Assembly (NCBI RefSeq): GCF_001194135.2
Contig: NC_068985.1
Location: forward strand, 91,708,712 to 91,766,196
DNA length: 57,485 bases
Direction of reading: 5' to 3'
Source of the DNA: Octopus bimaculoides
Lineage: Eukaryota
A model generated the notes under the pieces. It worked only from the letters and a program-made list of their open reading frames with translations. It was not told the origin of the DNA and made no database searches. Each line of letters opens with the position of its first letter. Positions within the stretch are counted from its first letter, which is position 1. This document shows positions 48,975 to 57,485 of this stretch, one piece after another. Both the position numbers and the translations under genes were made by a program.

Positions 48975-50189
48975 TCTTCAAAGTTCCCATAAATTCCAAA
49001 TTAAAATTTTGGATTTCTGGAGGGTCAAAGAGATTTTGTATTTAATTAAGATTTAATGGAAGGACAAAAAAACTGTGTATTTAATATGGCGTTGTAGTTG
49101 TTATCGATCTTTATAACGTCGTTTTTACGTTCTGACAAGGAGTTCGAGAGCTGAAATCTGCTGCAATAACAGTGTGTTAGTCGCTGTATGCATTTATATG
49201 CTGTCTTTCATTTTAGTAAATTTGTAATAACTTATAATGTAGTGATGCTATTTAGTTACCAGGTGGTGTTTTTAAGCTAGGCATCGTTTGGGGCTATACC
49301 GGTCGAAACCTATCAAAGTTGTTATGTGTTAATTTTGTATTCCTTTATATTTAATTTTCAGTATATTAGGATATTGGCAGGTATCTTCCACGATGAATAT
49401 AACGTATATCAAACGTTTATAGTAGCTTCCATTTCCCGGGAGATGTTTCTGCGTCGTTTTTCTGTTTGTTTGTTTTTTTTTGTTATGTTTCATCCATGTT
49501 ATAGAATTATTGGTTTTAGTATTTACAATCTTCTGTTTGCTTGTTTGTATGATGTGCACCCATGCGCGTACGGTATGATTACGAAGACAACTATAATAAC
49601 GGCTTGTATTGATATCATATAATGCTATTGTTCACAAACAGTTGACTCTGTATGACGAATGCATCAAGAACTGCGTGTAGTTTTCTGTCACGTAAATACA
49701 AAGATAGTTTTGTGATAGATGCGATTGAAATATTTCAGCACAGAGATTATCCCTTCACATGAATCCCGTTTCATCTTCAGTAAGAATTCCTTACAATGAA
49801 ACGCGAAAATAAAGCGGGATGTGCGGCTCATTAAAATTATTTTTTACTACAGTAGGTGACAATGGCGAAATTAGTATGGCTAAATGGACCTGCTCAAATT
49901 TATATGGGTGTAATCTTACAGGAATACTGCAGATATCACTTGTCTTTGGTATGGCAGAGTAACACAAACTTTTGAATGGAGTGACCCGAATCACCCTCAA
50001 GTTGTTCCCCAATTTAAACATCCTTCTTGCATTATTTATTTTTTCTCTTTGCTTTATGGCTATTACGAATCATTTTGTTAATATTGTTCTTCATTTTGTT
50101 GCTCATTTCTCCTTTCTAGACGATATAAATTCCCCAGCTGTCTAGTATAGAACTTCGTTTTCGTTCTGGTTGCCAAAAGAAATAATGAT

Positions 50190-50263
50190 AATCATCACCA
50201 CCACCACCAACCTCATCATTATCATCATCATCATCATCACCATTATCATCATCATCATCAGTT

Positions 50264-50307
<44 letters not shown>

Positions 50308-50363
50308 TATACAACTTCTGATATTACCACTACAAAGATTATTATAATACTAGTAATAATAAT

Positions 50364-50396
<33 letters not shown>

Positions 50397-50535
50397 CATG
50401 TTGATGATAATGCAAAAAATACTAATAATAATATGAATGACATCATTATTATTAAAATATAAAATGAAATCTCCATCCTCATCACAATCCCCTTCATCAT
50501 CGTCATCCTCATCATAATCCCCTTCATCACCATCA

Positions 50536-50589
<54 letters not shown>

Positions 50590-50590
50590 G
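50190..50590. repeat. Compound trinucleotide microsatellites (ATC/TAG/AAT/ATT)
   Basis: Directly visible. Confidence 0.9.
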
Positions 50591-52487
50591 TGTTCTTTAG
50601 GAGGGATTTTTATGAGGTTTTTATGAGTCTTTCTTTTTTGTTTTTTTCTGTTGTTCACGTTCTTGTTGTTATTGCTCCTATTGACGACGACGACGACGAC
50701 GTTGCTGTCGATGGTGTTGCGCCGCGGTAGCTACTTCTGTGTAACTACAAAGTCTGTCGTAAAGTGAAGATCACTAATTAAATCCGAACATAGTACCGAC
50801 ATCCTTCTTAACTGCTCAATTACAAAGCTATCAATCAGTTCCTCTCCAGATCTCCTGCCAATATCTCTTCAATGTATTTTTTTCTTTCTATTTTTTTTTC
50901 TTTTTTTTTTTGATTTGGCAATGGGAGGGGCCAAACGCTCACTCTCAATTCTTCCAACACAGAGATTTTCCTTTCAGATTTCAAAAGATGAATTGTTTTC
51001 CTTTGAAATGTCACTACATAGAAAACTCGAGAAGTTTGCTATTCACGGTCGTTTGCATCTATAGGGCTTTTTATTTAATTTTTCTCTACAACCGACTCAC
51101 AAGCGTGTAATCGAAAAATTTTATTCATTCATTTCGTTTTTCATGTTTTATTTATTCCTTGCTATATTCATTTCTTTATTTTATGTATGTACACACGCAC
51201 ACACACATATCAAATATATAATATAATGTAATATAATATAATATCATATATATATNNNNNNNNNNNNNNNNNNNNNNNNNNNNNNNNNNNNNNNNNNNNN
51301 NNNNNNNNNNNNNNNNNNNNNNNNNNNNNNNNNNNNNNNNNNNNNNNNNNNNNNNNNNNNNNNNNNNNNNNNNNNNNNNNNNNNNNNNNNNNNNNNNNNN
51401 NNNNNNNNNNNNNNNNNNNNNNNNNNNNNNNNNNNNNNNNNNNNNNNNNNNNNNNNNNNNNNNNNNNNNNNNNNNNNNNNNNNNNNNNNNNNNNNNNNNN
51501 NNNNNNNNNNNNNNNNNNNNNNNNNNNNNNNNNNNNNNNNNNNNNNNNNNNNNNNNNNNNNNNNNNNNNNNNNNNNNNNNNNNNNNNNNNNNNNNNNNNN
51601 NNNNNNNNNTATATATATACAGAGAGAGAGAGAGAGATACACATACATAGATACGCATACACATATACATATTAGTTTGTTTTTTGAGTATATAATTCTA
51701 ATATTAAAACCCATAATACAAATATTCTAAAATGTACGTGTTTCATTGTATACGCAGTTCTTGTGTTTCCATTCCGGAAAGATTTTTTTTTTATATTCCC
51801 ACATATATTTAAAGAGATACCAACAATATTTCTTTGCTAAGTTTATATTTCTTAGATTCATTTTATGAGTAAAAGACATACTAAGGATATAATAATAGAA
51901 GAAAAGAGACAGTTGGGTCAAGACTGCTTTTCCTATTCTCTTCCACTTCTTTCGCTGTATTATATACTGCCCTGTCAAACGTGTAATGTACTCGAAGGTG
52001 GTAAGACAGTTTACAAAATCAGAATAAATCATTATGCATTGCCAACTTTAGAAAACGAGAGAGAATATCCTTGATTTATATATTTATGTTGCTTCTGTTT
52101 TTTGTTTTAAATCTTTTATAGTCTTACGTCCACATTGGTAAAATGTCAAGTTCCATGGTGTTTAATATGTATATTTTACTTCGTACGGTAGTTACTGTGA
52201 ATTATTCGGTGTGTTAGTTATGTTCAGAGGAAAAACAAAACAACAATAATGAAAACCTTTTGTTTGAAATAGGAAACTGTATATACGAATTCATTTTGAT
52301 ACAGTCATATACACACAAATACATACTACGTAGGTGAAAATGATGTGTGTGCGTGTATATTAGAATTCACACATTCACTGACACATACACACATATCCAT
52401 ATACAATGTACATGTGTGCGTGTATGTGTGTGTGGTACTCGCTTTCATCTCATTCTCTCTCTCCACCCACTCTCTCTCCCCCCTCTC

Positions 52488-52543
52488 TCTATATCTATCT
52501 ATCTATCTATCTATCTATGTATCTATCTATCTATCTATCTATG

Positions 52544-52592
<49 letters not shown>
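52488..52592. repeat. (TATC)n microsatellite
   Basis: Directly visible. Confidence 0.95.
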
Positions 52593-53563
52593 CCCTCTCT
52601 TTAAATATATATGTATATATCTGCAAGTGGCTATGTGTATGAAATTCAAATTCCCAAAACATAGCTGGCATATACCTAGACGTATATATAACTGTATATT
52701 CTTTCACACCAATAAGTGGTGTGTTCGTGTGTGACTCTTTATGTATGTGTATGTATATATAGATGCGTGTTTGTTTGATCACATCCTATATATTTGCAAA
52801 GAAAAAGCGAAGGTGTGAGAGCGAATGATAGATAAGGAGAGAGAGAGAGAGTGCGTGTGTGTGCGTGTGTATTGTGTGTGTGTGTTGTGTGTGTGTGTTG
52901 TGTGTATGTGTGTGTGTGTGTGTCTGTGAAAGGAAGATGAATAATTACAATGCAATAGATNNNNNNNNNNNNNNNNNNNNNNNNNNNNNNNNNNNNNNNN
53001 NNNNNNNNNNNNNNNNNNNNNNNNNNNNNNNNNNNNNNNNNNNNNNNNNNNNNNNNNNNNNNNNNNNNNNNNNNNNNNNNNNNNNNNNNNNNNNNNNNNN
53101 NNNNNNNNNNNNNNNNNNNNNNNNNNNNNNNNNNNNNNNNNNNNNNNNNNNNNNNNNNNNNNNNNNNNNNNNNNNNNNNNNNNNNNNNNNNNNNNNNNNN
53201 NNNNNNNNNNNNNNNNNNNNNNNNNNNNNNNNNNNNNNNNNNNNNNNNNNNNNNNNNNNNNNNNNNNNNNNNNNNNNNNNNNNNNNNNNNNNNNNNNNNN
53301 NNNNNNNNNNNNNNNNNNNNNNNNNNNNNNNNNNNNNNNNNNNNNNNNNNNNNNNNNNNNNNNNNNNNNNNNNNNNNNNNNNNNNNNNNNNNNNNNNNNN
53401 NNNNNNNNNNNNNNNNNNNNNNNNNNNNNNNNNNNNNNNNNNNNNNNNNNNNNNNNNNNNNNNNNNNNNNNNNNNNNNNNNNNNNNNNNNNNNNNNNNNN
53501 NNNNNNNNNNNNNNNNNNNNNNNNNNNNNNNNNNNNNNNNNNNNNNNNNNNNNNNNNNNNNNN

Positions 53564-53606
<43 letters not shown>

Positions 53607-53611
53607 ATATA

Positions 53612-53644
<33 letters not shown>

Positions 53645-53980
53645 ATATGTGTATATAGGGATATTCAAATGAAGATATATGAGGATATATCTATGTGCTT
53701 ATTTGTATAGTTATATTGTTAGATGCAATTTTACCTTAAAAGTACATGATTGCGTCTCATAAATATCTTGCCTCTTATAATAACGGAATCTATCATAAAA
53801 GCCGTTCGCTGGGTAAATTAGTTAGATAAAATGGAAATCAATTCTGTTCCACAGCAACATCTTTTATAACCTGACTCATTCGCTTGCTGTTTAAGAATGA
53901 ATGAATGAGTGAAGTCAAGTATACGGTCATACACACACTCACACACGCGCACATACATACGCTCTCACACACACATATGC

Positions 53981-54064
<84 letters not shown>

Positions 54065-54288
54065 GCACACACATATATATGGACATACATATACATACAT
54101 ACACACACATATATATATATGTACGTATATATATAAGCATGTATAAGTGTATGTGTGTGTGCACATATATTTATATATATATATAGATAGATAGATAGAG
54201 AGAGAGAGAGAGAGTGATAGATGTGTATAAGTTGGTAGCTGTATACACATGTATGCATTTGATTTCTGTAATATGTCANNNNNNNNNN

Positions 54289-54324
<36 letters not shown>

Positions 54325-55008
54325 TGTGTGAGAGAGAGAGAGAGAGACATGCTTACACACATACACATACATAGGTATATATATGCGGATACACATACGT
54401 ACGTATGTACAGACATATAGCCAGAAGTAGATAAGGAGAAAGTGATTTGATAGAGAAACAGATAAGGAAAGAGGGAATGAGAGAGATAGAGAGGCAGACA
54501 GACAGACAGAACTGCTTCCATAGACACGTAGTTAGATACACTGAGAATGATACTTCATGCAATAAAACATGAACACAATATAAATCAACAATAATATTTT
54601 AAAAAGAAATCAGCCTAAACTACAAAGAATGTGAGAGAATTGTATTTCTTATATTGATAATTCAAAAAAGGCAAGTAAAATCTTAACTGCGCTTAAAATT
54701 TTACGCTTCATTTGATTATTTAAAACAGCGCTACATCAATATTTCTTTCAGCTATGTCTTTCTATGTGTAATGCCAACCATATTTAAAGACTTGCTGTTT
54801 TGCAGTCAATGAATCAATCAAGTTATTTTGGAGCATATACTTCCTTATGTAGATGTTCACGAAAAGACCGTACATGAGTGAACGTGTGAATGTGCGCATT
54901 AGTTGATAGATAGATAGATAGATAGATAGATATGTACGTATGGATGTTCATCTGTATGTCTGTGAATTATATGTGTGAGCTTAAACTAATTTACGTCTGT
55001 ATGTACGC

Positions 55009-55066
<58 letters not shown>

Positions 55067-55081
55067 GCACACACACACACA

Positions 55082-55126
<45 letters not shown>

Positions 55127-55438
55127 ACATATATATATATATATTTAGGTGTTGTGCTAACTTCATGAAGTGATGGTTTCATCCTGGAAAATACTGATTC
55201 AATACTTGGTATTTGGTGGGAAATGAATAGGTATCTCACAAACACACATATAGCATGCTGAGGTACATCGTTTTACCTCTGTTGCTATAATGTTCATGTC
55301 GCATAAATGAAAATTGAATTTTTAGTGAGTATTAATAGAAACAGCTGTAACTGAAGCTGACCAATTTGCTGTTAACAATGAATAATCATTAACTTCCCAA
55401 TCTCCATTCTCTTCTTCTTTGAAATGAATATATATATG

Positions 55439-55486
<48 letters not shown>

Positions 55487-55841
55487 TGCGCGTGCGTGCG
55501 TGCGTGTAGTATATGTGTATGTGTATATGTATGCGCTTTGTAGATAATTTTTTACGACAGAACTCGAAGTAGTTAATGTTATTAACGAGTGGCATGTAAA
55601 ATATTGTTTCAGTATATGACGTCGATAGAAAATGCGTTGGAGGTTCCTGTCGGCCCTTTTCCAAATATAACAAATTTAGCCAAATTTTCAACACGAATTC
55701 CATTTTTAGTAATAATCTGCTTAATATTTCGCGAAATTTTTAAGTTCTTATAGTGTAAACTTCTTAGGAAAATACACTACCACATAGAGGGGGTGTATTT
55801 ACACAGAAAGGCAAACTTGTCTGTAATATTAGTTTAAATTT

Positions 55842-56017
55842 TTGGCACGAAGCTAATAAATTCAATGCTGGAAAGTAGACTGGTACTTATTTTATCGACT
55901 CCGAAAGAATAAAAAGCAACATCGACCTCGGTGGAATTTGATATCGGAATGAAAAGACGGACGAAATGCCACTGAGCATCTTGCCCGGTGTGTGGACGGT
56001 TGTACCAATTCGCTACC
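55842..56017 (-). mobile_element. SINE family D
   Basis: CTGGTACTTATTTTATCGACTCCGAAAG...CGACCTCGGTGGAATTTG...GACGGACGAAATGCC. Confidence 0.8.
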
Positions 56018-57338
56018 CAACTCTTATATGTGATATTAACATAATGTGAGATAGAAAGAGAGAGAAAAGAGGAGCAACATGTAGACGTTTGTGTGAACGA
56101 ATGAAGAAAACAAATCTGGTATCATAAAATAGAAAAACAGATTCTGTATCTTTTAAAAGAAGCCTGCTCCTCATGATTGGTCTTCTAAGTATATGTTCTA
56201 ATGACTGAAGACCGGTGATTTTTTTATAAAAGGAGGTATGGTGTAACAAACATTTACACAGTTACTAACATTTCATTGTCGACCGTAACGGTAAAAAAAC
56301 ATATTCGTTTAGAAATAATCCGAAGACAGTTTATACATTTTTAAACGCATAACAAGCATCTTATTTCCCGATTAACCCACTAAACGAACTCATGTTTATT
56401 ATTAACAATGCGTTGAATAACATGAGAATGTATAATATATAGTCTATTGTTATTACTTGACAATTTAAATATAGGAAATAATATATTACATGGTATAAAA
56501 CTCCATTTATTTAAAATATCTATTTTAATATAACGAGATTTGCTTAAACCTTATAAATAACCATTTTCGCTTAGGTCATCGTTATCGTAAGACCTTTAAT
56601 CGAAATGCTGCTTAAGTTGCACCATACTATTTAGTTTAAGCCGGAGAAAACTTTCCAATACGATGAAGGAAATTTATTCCATATTTAATAGCAACAATCC
56701 TCGTTGCTCGTCTCTCGAACATCACACTGAAATATTGTGATCATTGTTAATCCGAAACATGCAACATGCGATTACAGATGTCTTTTCATTTTAGTAAAAA
56801 ATAAAAAATAAATTCGAATTCATAAAGTCTTGCACACGCAATCATCAATATATATATTGATGATATATTGATGAGCTTTGGTGCACTCATGTTCACAAAG
56901 CGAGTTAGTTATCTACTTTGTGTTTATATATACACATGAATTTCTAAACATGAACTGTCTAGAAAGATATATTTCGCACTACGATGTTTCCATAACTTCA
57001 AAATTAGTCAAATATTAAAAACAAATCACAGTAAACTAATTGTCATTTCACACGTTACCCACGTTTTCAGTTTTACGCATTTGATACAGAAATCACGAAC
57101 GTGCTCTGTGAATTTACTTCTGATTAGGTGAAAAATCTGTCAGTCTTTAGAATCATTGAAAATATTAATATCTGACGTATTCTTAAAACGTTCATTTGGC
57201 AAGTGTTCAAATATACATAAGCAATAATCTTCAATGAGTTTCAAATGGGCTCTCTTATAAATTATCATCTTGCAATCTTTCATTCGACTGAATAATCGTC
57301 AGCATGAAAAGCAGCGATTTCAGAAATCTTTTGTTATC

Positions 57339-57392
<54 letters not shown>

Positions 57393-57485
57393 GATAATAA
57401 AGATGTATGTACATATGCATGTATATCATTCTATATATGTGTGTGTGTGTACATATATGTATACATATATATACGTATATATATA

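Noticed and set aside
49922-50010. TCLWYGRVTQTFEWSDP, reminiscent of a C-type lectin W.SDG motif after a TTACAG acceptor
   Set aside because: The match is short and inexact, there is no good donor, and no partner exons were found.

Overview
This is eukaryotic, AT-rich, microsatellite-saturated scaffold DNA with many N gaps. The repeat landscape looks like a coleoid cephalopod, probably Octopus (inference from the SINE families, microsatellite style and TTAGGG repeat; not provable here). I could not support any host protein-coding exon, and almost all ORFs in the supplied track are microsatellite, gap or chance ORFs. The window is a transposon graveyard. It holds at least three tRNA-related SINE families (about 20 copies) and decayed mariner, Tc1 and maT(DD37D)-like transposases. 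It also holds RTE, Tx1/L1 and REL-endonuclease LINE fragments, a Penelope-like (PLE) GIY-YIG fragment, MITEs with TSDs and several foldback elements. The most striking signal is RNA-structural. There are several PLE-type minimal hammerhead ribozyme (HHR) motifs and a tRNA-headed SINE that ends in an HHR. Two diverged copies of a hammerhead-like motif (48508-48567 +, 48911-48974 -) have their three strands in a non-circularly permuted order, with compensatory base changes in helices I and III. A 588-bp TIR/8-bp-TSD element also carries a perfect telomeric-repeat palindrome at its centre. SINE and LINE boundaries are approximate.
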